NCBI GenBank assembly: GCA_040285855.1
Contig: JAUFOQ010000016.1
Coordinates: 992,001 to 1,056,000, forward strand
Direction: 5' to 3'
Source: Eukaryota sp. GEM-RC1
Taxonomy: Eukaryota
DNA: 64,000 nucleotides
Shown here: positions 24,826 to 37,949 of the stretch, one piece after another
Layout: each line of letters begins with the position of its first letter
Numbering within the stretch: the first letter of the stretch is position 1
Position numbers and translations under genes: made by a program
Notes under the pieces: model-generated
Database searches by the model: none
What the model was told of the DNA's origin: nothing
Seen by the model: the letters and a program-made list of their open reading frames with translations, nothing else

Positions 24826-25644
24826 ACTTTTTGGATTTTGATTCTATACAATTTAGATGTAGATTGATAACAAGTATAGTTCCAACTATATCATAGAACC
24901 CTGACTGTGATTTTTGTCACTGTTTTGTTGTCCCTGAATTAATAACTTAAAATATGTATTATGTGTGAACATGAAGACTTTTTTCGGTAGCCAATAAGGT
25001 AACCTTCCTACAAAACTATGAAATTGCAAAAACCACCAAATAAAATTAAGACTAAATCCAAACGACTTCATCACCATCCGGTAAAAGATTACATTTTTCA
25101 ACATTAACCGTCACACCAAACTTGTACAATTTCTCAACTACCGATATGAACAGAAAGGCATACTCCGATATGTTGAAAATACAATACGGTTTTTCCATTC
25201 AGCCATTCTAAACTTACGCTTCTTTTCTTTACAAAGTTCTTCGAAATCCTTAAAAAATTGATCACCAGCAGGACTAATCGATCCAAAAAGAGAAACAGCA
25301 ATATGTTGAAACACAAATTTGCAATATGAGTTTCGATATAATTCGTCTACTTGAGAGTCATACTTGGAGTGTTTGAGCTTATCAGCAGTTGTTAGCGGAT
25401 TAAAAGAAGACTATTTTGTAATCGATGTCCCTAAAGAACTGCACATTTTTAAGTTACTTCCAGTTACTAACTCAATAATGTTCATTGTAAAATACAATTT
25501 ACTTCAATAGAAGCATGATCGTAGTGTATTGCTGACATCAAACAAATTAAGATTTGGTTAGAAGCTCCAACATCACTTGTTACATTATTGTGCCCGAATA
25601 AAAAAAATTAAATTACCAAGGATGTTGAACAATAGAGTGCACTC

Positions 25645-26050
25645 CAGTCAACCCTGTCTATAGCGTCACTACTAGTATATGTCCTTACGCTATAACCAGT
25701 TTTACGCTATATCCAATAAACTCACTGTGCAGTTCAACCAATCGAGTTGAGTCTTTATAAACATTACAAGCTAAGAGAACTAAGTGTGAGTCGATGGATC
25801 ATCAGCACAGTAGATGAAAGAACCATAGCAGCAACCAGATCATCACTCAAGACCAAAATCTTGAGGTCGCAAATTTTGAGAAGTGAAATTGAGCAAAGTG
25901 CATAACTGATGAAGATCTGATGTGGTAGCGTCACCATGGGCGTATTTGAACATGAAGAGCGGAGGGACTCGAAGACATTATCTTCTCGTCTTAACCTAAA
26001 ACTGGTTATAGCGTAAGGATATATAGTGACGCTATAGACAGGGTTGACTG
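25645..26050. mobile_element. pogo/Tc1-type MITE
   Basis: TIR CAGTCAACCCTGTCTATAGCGTCACTA plus a second inverted block TCCTTACGCTATAACCAGTTTTA; TA on the right flank (TC on the left). Confidence 0.85.
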
Positions 26051-26251
26051 TATATATTCTGCGTTTTCAATAATGCAGTAAATATATTGATATTGAAGCA
26101 ATTTGCAGTGCACATGCACTAACTTGACGTGATCAATACAAATTCAAATTTAAAAATATTTAAGGAGGACTACCTCAATTTGAAACTATGCAGTCTACTA
26201 CTTGTTCTGTAACAGCAACAGCTGCTCTGAATAAACACTGTAACATTCAAG

Positions 26252-29200
26252 TTACTTGTCTATAATTTGATCTAGTACGGTCCCATCTTCACTCATTTTC
26301 ACGATAAACTGACGATCGAAGTACCGTTGAAAGACTTTGTTATGAGACACGGCAATCAATTGAGTGTTCGTCATCAATGATTTCAGATGAGAACCCAATA
26401 ACGCTTGATTAGCTTCATCAAGTGCTCCATCAATTTCATCAAGAAGATAGAAACCAGACAATGACGTTTTAGCTAAAGCTAATAGTAATGCTGATGATAG
26501 AAGTGTCCGTTGTCCCCCAGACAGAGTTTCCAGTCCAGACCAACAATCATCATCTGTGCATTTAACCTTAATGTGGACATTGCTCAATGTCACAGGGTCG
26601 GATACAAACAATTGTGCTTCTTTTGTGGGAATTAGTTTTGGAACTAGCAGTTGTAAGGTTTCTTGGACTTTTGACACCACTGTTTGGTTGGCTTCTTCGA
26701 TTTTACTTTGGTACTTTTGTAGACCTTCTCTTAATTTGGCTGCAGCATCATGAAGTGCTTCACATTGTTCTTGGAACGATGAAAGTAATTTGTGTTGATG
26801 TTCGCGATCAATCGACGAAATTGATTTCAGATTTTCTGAAACCTTTTCAATGGTTTTCAATTCCACACGCAAGTGAGCTTCTCGATCAACCATTTGTTGA
26901 TATGATTCTTCATCGAGTCGTGTGTTTGAACATGATTCTACTGTTTCAACAACAATGCGGAGCTTTTTCAGCTGTTCTTCAATTGTAGTTCGTTTTCGTT
27001 CAATCTCTTCACGTTTCTGTGTAAGCAATTCCAATTCAGACTGGAGTTGAGTTGATACAGTCTGGATTTGATGTGATTGGTCAGAAACTTGAACTAATAG
27101 AGATTGTGATTCAGTTTTGAGTACAAGTTGTGCTGATAGCTCTGCCTTTACGTGTTCAATTTGATCGTTGATACGCTGCATCGAATCTGAATAATTGAGA
27201 AAGATTCGTTCTGAACGTTCCAAAATATTGTTTGAAATCTTCTGTTGTTTTGTGAATATTTCAGATCGCTCCAATCGCAGTGCACTTAGTTGAGACATTA
27301 CCGAGTCTACAGTAAATTCAGAGTTCTTGCTTGTCAATTGTAGATGTTTAATGTGCTTTGCTAAGGCGATTTCTTGATTCTTTAGTTCACGTGCTTCGTC
27401 ACGAAGTTTTAGACACTGGGGCTCACTAACGTCTTCTAAAGCTGACAATTCACCAGCAAGTACTGACTTTCGTTGAACCAAGAACTCCAAATGTTTCAAT
27501 TCTTTAACAGTTTTTGAGTGCATATTTGATAGTAGATCAATCTCCTGGACAAGCGTTTGCCTTTTGTGAATCATTTTCGCAAAGTCCATATAATCAAACA
27601 GGTTGATTGAGTTGCTTTGAATATTTGGACTATTGTAAGAAACAGAGGAAGGTGAATGCCAAACTCCATCCAAAGTAATTGCATTTACCTTGTGCTTGAC
27701 AACTTCAGCAGCAGTTGAATCACAGTCAACAATAAGAACATTATTGATAGTGGTCATCAAGTGAGAAAACTTTGAATGTATCATTTGGATAAGTCTAGAC
27801 GGTTCTACACAGAGAGCTAACAGCGATGCAGGCAGCTTTGCAGCAAAATCAATCTGCTTTTGGGGACGAAAACGGTCCAAGGGCCAAACCTTCAGTGATT
27901 TGAAATGATTTTGATGAGAGGAGATGATGTCCGTGGCTTCGTTTGTTGTATCAGTAATTATAACGTTCAAAATCGGTCGAATAATCACTTCCAACGCACG
28001 TTTGAATTGGTCAATATTTGTCACATCAGCTCTAAACTCTATCAAAGATCCAAATGTACCTAAACCTAGTTGGATTAGTTGATTCAAATGGGATGGTATG
28101 CGGCTCTCTGAATCATCTGATAAACGAGTTTTCAAGTCAGAGAGCTTAGCAGAGTACGCCGCCACATTTTGCTCAAGACTTGCACAATCAGACTCTTCAA
28201 TCGTCTGAGTAACTTGCTTCAATTCCTTTTGTGTGAGTGATCGTTGTGCGAGTCGACCACGAGCGTGTTCATACTCCTTGTGAAGTCTAACACTGTTTCG
28301 TGATACAACACGTAGCCTAGCTTGTAGATTGTCAATGGTTGATGGCTGGGCTTCACCATCAGTGGCACAATCATTGAGGAACTTCTCTAATAGTGCAATT
28401 TGATTGGTAACTGTTTGATAGTGGTCTTCAAATTCCTCTAACTGTGTACTTAACGAAGTCAATGATGTTTGATTGTCTTTCTTCTTCTTCTTTTCCAGTT
28501 CAACGTTTTCTTTCAGTTTGAACAGCTCTGACTCTAGAACAGAGTCCCTTTGAGTTAGTTCTGAGATCTTGTCTTCAATTGCTGACAGTGTCTTTGTCTG
28601 GTCCAATTCTTGTTGATGTACAGACTGAAACTCTGCGTGAGCCTGTTTCAATCTGCAATTTACTTGTTCAATTTGTTCATGCACTTTAGAACTTTGGTCT
28701 CTCAGATCATTTAGTTCATGATCCAGCTTTTCAATCTTATTTAAATTTTCAGCGTTTAGATGTAGTGACAGCCTTTTCTGGATTGATTCAAGCTCAGCTT
28801 TCAGTTCTTTACGGTGAACCCAAGCATTTGTAGCTTTTTCAGCAGCCCCTATGGAAGCGTTCAAATCGTTGACATTATTGGTGACTTGAACAATTGCTTC
28901 TTCAGCCTTAAGTAATTCCACATGAGCATCCTTCGAAGCTTTTTGAAATTGAGATGCTCCAGAAGCTGACAGAATATACTTTGCTAAAAGTTCTGGTTTA
29001 CTTGAGCACAACGAAGTTACTGCAGATTGCTTGATTACCATTAAAGATGAGGACGGATCAATGCTGTTGGCAGTCAAGAATTTCTTCAGTTCATTGGTCG
29101 AAATAGTTTTGCCATTGAGCTTATAAATACGTGTGGGCTTGTCGTTATACATTTTAGCGGAAAGAACATAAGAAGATGAGTTGTAAGGCAACTTTGGATG

Positions 29201-29482
29201 AGGGTTTATCAGTTCCAGTGAAACCTCGCAGTAGTTTGTACCTAGAGCGCTACGTCGATTCAAAACCTCTGAAAGTTGAGTTACACGCATATTTTGAGGC
29301 GAATCGGACAGGACGAAAGAAATAGCGTCAAGGACATTTGTCTTACCTGTTCCATTTGCTCCTACTGAATTGAGTCAACAAATGTACGGCATACAGACAA
29401 TGGACGATTCCTCGTTAAAAGGTCCCAACGTAAGTCTTTCAATGGACTTAAAGTGTTGGACATGGATGTTGTGAATCCTCAT
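26252..29482 (-). CDS. Divergent SMC-family ATPase (about 1066 aa after removing a 30-nt intron)
   Basis: Exon 1 MRIHNIHVQHFKS; Walker A GANGTGKTN, signature LSGGQ, Walker B FYLLDEIDGALD, IAVSH; two coiled coils flanking a hinge (WPLD, ITLDG). Confidence 0.9.
29365..29394 (-). other. 30-nt spliceosomal intron in the SMC gene
   Basis: GTATGC...TTGAC..TTCAG; removal restores SIVLGANGTGK; contains an in-frame TGA. Confidence 0.85.
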
Positions 29483-29520
29483 GTAGTTGAAATTCGCAGG
29501 CAAATTTCTTGACCCTCATC

Positions 29521-31008
29521 ATGTCCACTGTCAATATATTCAAAGATGCTGTGGAACATCTCAATGGCAGCCAGGAAGCACTAAGGAAACAGGTCGAAGG
29601 TGTCCTCGGTTCTACCAAGTCTTCTTCGTTCCAATCCCTGTCATCCAGTAATTTAGCTCCTACAACTACTAATCTGTTTAATCGTACTCTTTTTGACTAT
29701 GTTGATGTTCCTCCAGAAGCTCAATCCCTGCTCAATTCTCTTCACGAAGATCTTGAGACTCAATATCGTGACTTCGAACCTCCTTCAGCAGAAATGTTTG
29801 CTGACTCTGACAACGAGGACAACATACTAGAAGATGGTACTCTCTCCCCTCAATCTCCTCCTCTCTATTCTATTAGACCATCGTCCCCAACATCTGAACT
29901 CGAAAGACTATCCCTAGATTCCCTTCACGATCATATAACAACCCTGTCAGAGAAAATCACGGAACTCCTTGACCAATCTCATCTCTCCCCTTCCCTCATG
30001 TCTTCTGCTTCCTCCATCCTCAATGCCTCCATCGATCCCACTGACCATACTCTTCTAAGGAACTACTGCTCTGAACTTGAGACTCTGTACTCGTTGTGTT
30101 ACACTAGAATCTCCATCGTTACTTCTTACACTGAGTTCAATGCTCTTACTGAAGAAGTTATGGCCAGTGAATCTTGTTCAGTGTCCTTTGATGAGTTGTA
30201 CAATGAAGCACTTCGCTTATACTCTGCCGTTGTTACTTATGAACGAGACTTTGGCCACGAGTTTCTACTTAATGAAGAGAAGGTTGGGAAGAAGCTGGAG
30301 AAGATTTGCATGGGTTTGTCTGAAGGCGTTCACGATGACTTAGGTAGTAGCCTTGCCCTACTAAAGCTCAACTCTGAGCACTCTCCAATGACTTCACCTT
30401 CCAAGCGAAGGCCTAGACCTACCATTCTAACTCCACCCAAGCCTAAAACACCACAACTACGATCTTCTCCAAGGAAGAGTCCTTCTAAGCACTGGAAACC
30501 TGTTAATACTAACACCGGGTCACCTAAAGCTGATGTGTTGTCAAAGTATAACAAGTTTGAAGCTGAGCCAAGATGGGAAAACACCCTTCGAGGATCTGCT
30601 AAGAAGTCGATGAAGTCTGCTGAAAGAGACAGAATTAGAAGGAAAACCCGTCCTCATTTACTAACTGATCAACCTATATCCCCTGTGCTTGAAAGACCTT
30701 CAGAAGTGGGAAGAATACTAGAGCAAACGACACAGAACCGCTCTCGACGATTCTCCAAGGTTTCTTCCCCACCTCCAACCGAACCATCACCACTACTTTC
30801 TTCCCCCTGTCTCTACTCAAAGTCGTGGTCCAAGCCTGTTGAAGAAAAAGTCTCTGTTCCTATGCCTACAGTGGTGGAGACTAATTCAAAAAGTGTTGAC
30901 TATGGTTTTACTTCAATGTACCCCACTGTAGTTGATGGTGATGCAGGTGGTGACGTCAACACTTCCCTAGAAAGAATTCGGTTGTTAAAGAGTTTGATAC
31001 CCAAGTAG
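29521..31008 (+). CDS. Hypothetical protein, possibly MAP65/Ase1/PRC1-related, with a Ser/Pro-rich tail
   Basis: Long ORF; YERDFGHEFLLNE resembles the MAP65 WE..G..FL motif; many SP/TP sites in the tail. Confidence 0.5.
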   Translation: MSTVNIFKDAVEHLNGSQEALRKQVEGVLGSTKSSSFQSLSSSNLAPTTTNLFNRTLFDYVDVPPEAQSLLNSLHEDLETQYRDFEPPSAEMFADSDNEDNILEDGTLSPQSPPLYSIRPSSPTSELERLSLDSLHDHITTLSEKITELLDQSHLSPSLMSSASSILNASIDPTDHTLLRNYCSELETLYSLCYTRISIVTSYTEFNALTEEVMASESCSVSFDELYNEALRLYSAVVTYERDFGHEFLLNEEKVGKKLEKICMGLSEGVHDDLGSSLALLKLNSEHSPMTSPSKRRPRPTILTPPKPKTPQLRSSPRKSPSKHWKPVNTNTGSPKADVLSKYNKFEAEPRWENTLRGSAKKSMKSAERDRIRRKTRPHLLTDQPISPVLERPSEVGRILEQTTQNRSRRFSKVSSPPPTEPSPLLSSPCLYSKSWSKPVEEKVSVPMPTVVETNSKSVDYGFTSMYPTVVDGDAGGDVNTSLERIRLLKSLIPK

Positions 31009-31308
31009 ATTTTATTTTTGTATTTGTAAAAAAGTATTGTATTAGATTGTTTTTATTTTACAGTGATGAATGAGACAATATCATCCAATATAATTCAAAA
31101 TTCATAACAATTTCTGTTTCACAAAGGACCTCCGATCAATCAAAACACTTGATAAATCCAAGTTACACATTCTCTTAATCGTTGTAAGTTAATTTTAACC
31201 AAGCTCAATTAATCAAGAGAATCAGAACAAATTTCTCGAAATTTCCATAGAACTCAACAAGATTCCAGTCGTCGTCATTAATGACGTGACCAATCAGAAA
31301 TCTGATAC

Positions 31309-32136
31309 TCACAGTTTGATTGTTTCAGTCAATCCTAAATGATACTGCTTCTTTTTAATTATATCAGCCAATTCATTTATCTTTGAGTTATAATGAGCTA
31401 CCAAACTTCTCTTCTCTGACTTAAACTTTTCCCTTTCAACTTCCAAATGATCATCAAACAACGATCTTTGAGTGTTGAACTTTAACAATAGTTCCCTATT
31501 CAGAACTGAAGATCGTTGGAGTTCTAGATTTAGACACTCCATTTCAGTTTTCCATCTCTTCTTTTCAGAATAGTAAAAACCTTCTAGTTGAGAATACCGT
31601 TCATTGTGAGTAAGTTCAATACGGGTCAAGTCTTCGGACAGAGCCATAGAAAAGCTTTCAAAAACAGCTAGTTGGTTTTTTAGAGTAGCAATCTCTTCTT
31701 GGAAACGAGTACGATCATCTCTCCAAGAAGAAGGAGAACCGAGAGAGATTGGGCGTCTGGAGAAGCTCCAAGCAGATTTGTCAAGAGGCAGTGGTGATGA
31801 GGATGAAGAGAGTTGTCGTTTGAGAAGAGTACGTTCTCTCAAGAATTGTTCTTCACGAGAGGAAATAGTTGACTTGGATTTATGAAGTTCTGATGTCAGG
31901 TTTGATACTTGAAATTCAAGTTCACGGATGTTGTTCATTAGAACAGAGTTGTGATGTGAAAGTTGGTGATACTGATGTTCTAGGGAATTGCAAGAATTAG
32001 GGGTTTGTGTTGAGCTTTGAATTGAAGAATATGGATCCAGTTCTTGTTCTGACAAAGAAGAGACTGATGGAGATTGAGAGATCTCTGAAATTGAATCTTC
32101 AGAGTCAACTGTAGGTGTAGGTAATGACACAGACAT
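31309..32136 (-). CDS. Hypothetical coiled-coil protein
   Basis: About 275-aa ORF with heptad-rich segments; first ATG at 32136. Confidence 0.6.
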   Translation of the reverse strand: MSVSLPTPTVDSEDSISEISQSPSVSSLSEQELDPYSSIQSSTQTPNSCNSLEHQYHQLSHHNSVLMNNIRELEFQVSNLTSELHKSKSTISSREEQFLRERTLLKRQLSSSSSPLPLDKSAWSFSRRPISLGSPSSWRDDRTRFQEEIATLKNQLAVFESFSMALSEDLTRIELTHNERYSQLEGFYYSEKKRWKTEMECLNLELQRSSVLNRELLLKFNTQRSLFDDHLEVEREKFKSEKRSLVAHYNSKINELADIIKKKQYHLGLTETIKL

Positions 32137-32756
32137 TGAACAGAACTGACAGGGGTGAACAATATGTGCACTGTACAAATTTTGCTAGAAACGAAAATGT
32201 TCGGTTATTAAGAAACGCATTTTAATCAAATGTGTGGACATGTGTGTATTTTGTATTTATCTGAATTTCCTCTTTAATATAGGTTAACATTCGCACTCTT
32301 TCGTTCAATGTACAGATAATTTAATTCCATTTTAGGTAAGTTGTTCGGTGAAGGACAAGGATTATAGTTCAGATACTTTAGTTAGTGTCTGTTAGTTGCT
32401 ATTGCAATTGCAAAATGCAATTATTTTTCTGTTTTGATCTTACACACCGTTGATTTCTTAAGACATTTAACCTGCGTTCTTAATTCTTCTATGTGAAAAA
32501 GCCGCTTCATTTAGTGTCAGTAGAACTCACTGGTTAACACCCGATCCCAATCCCAATCTGGTTGTCTTAGTCAAATTACGGCTGACAAAGGGATTTTTAC
32601 TTCAGCTCTGTAGTTACTAGTAAGAAAACACAAAAGCACCACTTCAGAATCAAATTCTGTAGCTCTAATTCTTCATTTCGGTTAACCAAATCAGTGCAAC
32701 ACTTATAACTACAGATGTCACAGTCAATACACTTAGAGGGATCAAGAGTTGCTACT

Positions 32757-33245
32757 TTATTTATTAGTCTGAATGATGTTCAAGAAGAAATTCAATAATG
32801 CAACAAGGCCTAGACAAGCACCTTTATTAGCAAGTTTTGCATCAGCACCAATTAGTTGCAAGTGTAGAACGCAGGATAAGCAAATTCCAGATATTAACCA
32901 GCAAGCAAGCATTGAATTATGAAACAGATTCGTAAAACAAAAAGAAAAAAGGACCTGTGCGTCGAAAAGAATGTGCTGAAAAAGACTTATGTAAGAACTT
33001 GTACACGTGACATAAGTTCCAACAATTGCTACAAACAGCAAAAGATTTCTTGGAGAGGGAACTTCTTTCTTGTGTGCATAGTAAAAACCTGCATAAACAT
33101 TCACCAATGTGGCTGCTAGCGGATATATGATGTTGTGGAACAGTGACAAATTGTCAACGATAGGTATTAATATCATCAGACTTTGCATTACAGCGATGAG
33201 TATCATATAACTCTTCTTGGGTACTCCGTTTCTGTCGTCGTCCAT
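32757..33245 (-). CDS. Hypothetical multi-pass membrane protein
   Basis: 162-aa ATG-started ORF with 4-5 hydrophobic segments. Confidence 0.5.
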   Translation of the reverse strand: MDDDRNGVPKKSYMILIAVMQSLMILIPIVDNLSLFHNIIYPLAATLVNVYAGFYYAHKKEVPSPRNLLLFVAIVGTYVTCTSSYISLFQHILFDAQVLFSFCFTNLFHNSMLACWLISGICLSCVLHLQLIGADAKLANKGACLGLVALLNFFLNIIQTNK

Positions 33246-33549
33246 TTATTGAAACAAGTCAAGAGGATATTCAGAGCAATACTGAATCTCCTTCCAAACG
33301 TTTCCTTCATAGATCATACTGTAGATGTGTTTTCTGTTGATTGTGCCGTCACTGTAGACGGAATTCTTTAGTTGCAAAAATGTAAATGTACATGTTGCAA
33401 TGTTTCTACAGTTTCTAAGAAGTAATGTTGGAATTGATTACATCCGAAGTTTGAATTATAAATGTGTTTTTGTTGTTGCTATGATTTATTTCTGGGAAAT
33501 TGAAATCTCATACAATTTTCAAAATTGTTGTTAAAAAACACATTTCAAT

Positions 33550-36533
33550 CTACGTTTCCTTCTTTTTCCACAGATCATTAAAATTTAAATTATTTCTGTT
33601 CCGAATCACAGCCGTAACCATATCATTCTGAGCAAATTCCAAGAACTCGTTCCACTTATTATTGGAAACTGATTGCTTCAATGAGGTTAATAACCGTCGA
33701 CAACCCGGATGTCTAGTAAAATGTTCAACTAAATAGTTCAATGAGTCCTTATCCATCGTATCAATTACAAAATCTGGACATTTCATTACTTTTAAACAAT
33801 TGGACAGCATATGACAAAAATCTGCACTTTTAACTAACTTTGGAAAGTAATATCGAAGTTCGAATATAGTTTTCTGTTGCAGAATTAGTGATGAACTCGT
33901 GCAAAGCTTCTCAATTAACGGTAACGTTGACAAATGTCCAAACTCTGTTCCAACAATCGAAAGCACATCATCCATCACTGCTTCATCCTCGCATTCCTCC
34001 AATGCTCTTGCTAGCCACGAAGGTTCCTTTCGAGCAACCACAAGAGCCATATCTTTAATCTCAGTCAAAGCCACGCAAACCTTTCCAGAAGCCAGCAGTT
34101 CCTTGGCATTCTTAATTTTATCACTTTCTTCCTTTGTTTGGTAGGAAATTTCATCAGATGGAGGCTTTGAACTCACAGATAGTGAAGTGCGACGTCCTGA
34201 ATCACGAATACTAGCAAATGGATATACTTTTGACAAGAAAAGTAAATATAGTTTGGTACTTGCAACCGCCATGACCGCATTGACAAAACTACTAACCGTG
34301 GGATCAAAAAGTCTGACAAAAACTCCAAACATAATTCATCCTGGAAAATCGAATCAAAAAAAGCTGTCAAAAGATTCTTGCAGGACACCCCAGTCACAAT
34401 CAACGAAGTCAACGTCATTCGACCTACATCACTCTGCAATATCTGAGGACCAGAGAATTTCAAAGAATCCAAGATTCTCGCACGCTGATTTGGAAACTGA
34501 TCAAAGGACATCCACAGAGTTGCTAATACCAATGATCCCACCTTATCCGTTGTTAGACTTTCAAACTCCATTTCACTAGCAAACACTGAGAACAAGGATT
34601 GACCGTCAGAAGAATGTCGAAGAATCCGATCTAGAACAACACGTGCTCTCACGGGGTTACAACAAGCAGTTACTAACGCTGAAGCTCCAAAGGTCTCAAA
34701 GGAATCGCTAGCTAAGGAAGAAGAGAGAATGGGAATGTTCGGTGGTAAGCCAAATAAAGTCTCAACAGTTACTTTTGAAGCAGAGGTTCTACAACTTAGG
34801 AATATGGTGGTGGTGAAGTAGTTGTCGTTCTTGAGTGTGTGGTAGAGCTCAAGGTCACTTTGCTTGTGGGAGCGTGACATTGAGGTAACAAAACTAAGTA
34901 CTGCTGAGAACAATTTTGAAAAATGCGGCAAAATGAAATTGTTTGTCGATAAAACTGACATTACTCTAGAGAACAAAAACCTTAGTGAGTTTCTGCAAAT
35001 TAACTCTGGTAAATAGTATCCGCAATATTGACAAAGAAACACGTGCGAAAAAGGATCATGCAAAAGCACCAATAAAAATCTACAATTATTCAACAATAAA
35101 CATCTGGATATCTGTTTCCCACTCTGCTTAGGGTCAATAAAACAGGCAAGTCTCGACAGAACGAGTGGATTTCGATCAGGCGGAGCAGCTTTACAGTAGA
35201 GCTCACTGATTAGGTCTACAGTCGTCGGCTCAGCCAGAAAATAATCTAAATCATGCAAGAAATCACCAATATGAAGATCGCGTATTTTTGGCGGAAAATC
35301 ACTAAACGCAAAGGTTTTCAAACCAAAATTCTGCCCCAACCCATCCCTAACTTCTATCATTTCCTCACCAGTTGATTTGACAATCTCAGACAATGACTGC
35401 GGTAGGCGATTGAACATGTCCATAACTTCATCACTGTAACCCCCACGTGGTTTGATTGGACGTGGTAAGCTTTTAACAATATTAAAAATCATATACGGAT
35501 AAGTATGCCGGCCAATAATAGTTATGACCTTTCGGCCAGATGGGAAACTGATAAGTTTACGCCATGAATTATGAGTGCAGTAAATTCGATAAATGAAAAA
35601 ACAACAATGTTCTGCTAAATAGCAAACAATCTTTGCCGTTTCACTAGTCGTAGCCAGTTCAATCAGCTCAGTATTCAACGTCACTGCCACGTCACCAAGG
35701 TCACTCACAGAAAGCTTGTGCAAAAGAGTAATAAATTGGGCAGTAAAATCCCACGCGTGTTTAGCAGCGGTGTTTCTGATGCTTTGCCATTCTAAAACAA
35801 TAGCATCTGAAGTAGATTTACCAGATAATATGTCTTTTGTTGGACCATCCGCAGCCTTCCAAATCTCTTGCTTGTACTGTTTTGGAAGACTTTCGTAATC
35901 AACTCCAGAGAGGGCGAATTGATGAGCTAGATCACGTTTTTGATCAGGGCGAGCTAAGAGAAGAAGACGAAGAAGAACGTTGCGGGAAGTTTCGTTTGTG
36001 AAGAGAGTTTGGAGATGAGATTTGAGAACATCAAAGACACGAGGACGGGTTAATTCAGAGGTTATGAAGAAGACTACGATTCTGTTAGCCGTTATGTGAG
36101 TGATAAGAGAGGGGATGGAGGGGAGAAGTTCTTTTAGGACTTTTTGACGTTGTTCTGAAGTGCTTTTATCCAATTGAGAGAGTAGAAAGCGGCAACCTTC
36201 ATGAGAGAATGTGAGGTCCTTTAGTTTGGAAAAATAGTCCGAGAGTTGTGCAGTAGGAGGGATGCTAAGATCTGCTGTCGCCTCTTGTTCTAGAAAAGAG
36301 CTTGCATCACAATCAAATTGCTGATTGGCAGAAACAGAATAGGCTAAATTTACAGAGGGATCTGAGGCATCAACAAGAGGATGAGACCGTAAGACAGTTG
36401 GATTACGAAACCATACATGAAAGAAGCGTTGAACATCAACTTGTTCCGAAAGTGGTAGAGAAGAATCAAAAGTAGGAATAGAACGATTGTGGATTAGTTT
36501 GTTGTAGATAATGGTGGCTTGTGACTCATTCAT
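33550..36533 (-). CDS. Divergent Pumilio/PUF-repeat (helical repeat) protein; -1 break near 34310
   Basis: LKDLTFSHEGCRFLLSQL...EQRQKVLKELLPSIPSLITHITANRIV is a PUF-repeat pattern; joins ORF 33550-34332. Confidence 0.6.
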
Positions 36534-37293
36534 TCAGGGAAGATTTTGGTTGAGAGAGTAACAAATTGGAGTTTGAAATTTAATTTTTTAGTTAGTTTTT
36601 CAAGTTTCCTCTCGACTTGCATCAAGTACCGTCGAATCGGTATTTGTGGCAGATACTATAAGAACATAGCAATTGATGCGCGTTTCAAATGAAAGAAATT
36701 GATTTGTATGTGAACCGTGAGTGAACCGACAGTTTTGTCAGACTACATCTGACTTCCAGTACTTTGACTCGTACCACAATCAAGACTATAGTAGTGTAAC
36801 AAAATACATATGTAATTAATTCTCAATATCTCAACCAATGAGTCACTATCTTGTCCTTCGGGATGTTTCAGTCACAGGCAGCTGTCGTCTGAATGTAACA
36901 TAAGTAACAATTGAGGACATTGTGCTGCATCGGTTGAAGTGGATATTTTACTCTGAAAGAAATTTGAAGAATGTCGATTTTAATAAAAGAAGATCCACTT
37001 CAACTTGTATACTCATCAATTCAACTGATTCAGGTCAATTTCTACTTGGGGAGTTAAAAAACCCTATTAATCATGGTAATTAGTCTCACTCAGATTACTT
37101 TACATAAGAAACTAATTAACATGTTGGAAATTTAGAACTACTATAAGCTATACACCTTTGTTTGCATCTTCTCATATGATTTAGTATTAACCAAATCGAT
37201 AAGCCCAAAAGGCTGTGTTGATGCAGAAGAAGAAAGCCAATAGGTTCAATAACTTTCTGATTATTGACCTTGGAATCTATTGTTGTTTTTCTC

Positions 37294-37929
37294 CATAGTT
37301 CGAAATGCGTACGGCACGTTCGGTAACGTACTCCATACGCGCACGTGCGGAATACGTGCGGCTTCTTTTTACCGTATTCCAACGTATTCTTCTTCTTAAT
37401 ACTCTTTTCAGTTAACCATCACCTATTTAATATTATGCGATACTATTGATGAAACCAAATCTACCACTCTTCAATAAGGTAGGCGATTCTGGTGTTTCTG
37501 TCTTTGATTGGCGTAAAGAAATACCAAATCATGCAGGAGTGAAGCTTTCATCCTATTGCGTTTCTTGGTTTTAATGATGCAGTGTACAATCCAATTTCTA
37601 TCGACAGCTGAATTACAATTTGGATTGGTACTGAACGAAGAATACCATCTCGTGAGCCATTTTTTTCTCACAAAGATTTGGGTGAACATTTTCTCCATTT
37701 CTTGCCATGATGGTTGTTTTTTTTGGAAAAAGCTACGTTTGTTCTCGTAATCATAAAACTCATTTACAGCATCACTGTAATGTCTAATGTAATGAACCAT
37801 ATGATAAAAAAAATGCAACACGTGTTTATGTAAGAATACGGTATTCTCGCACGTGTTCTGCCGTACTCCATACGCGCACGTGCGGAATACGTGCGGTAAC
37901 TGAATAACACGTTCGCATTTCGAACTATG
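37294..37929. mobile_element. hAT internal-deletion derivative retaining a transposase dimerisation-domain fragment
   Basis: Perfect 16-bp TIR CATAGTTCGAAATGCG; perfect 8-bp TSD tttttctc; the minus-strand ORF has SAVDRNW...KTKKRNRMKASLLHDLVFLYAN (hAT C-terminal motif). Confidence 0.92.
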
Positions 37930-37949
37930 TTTTTCTCATTCCCAAAACC

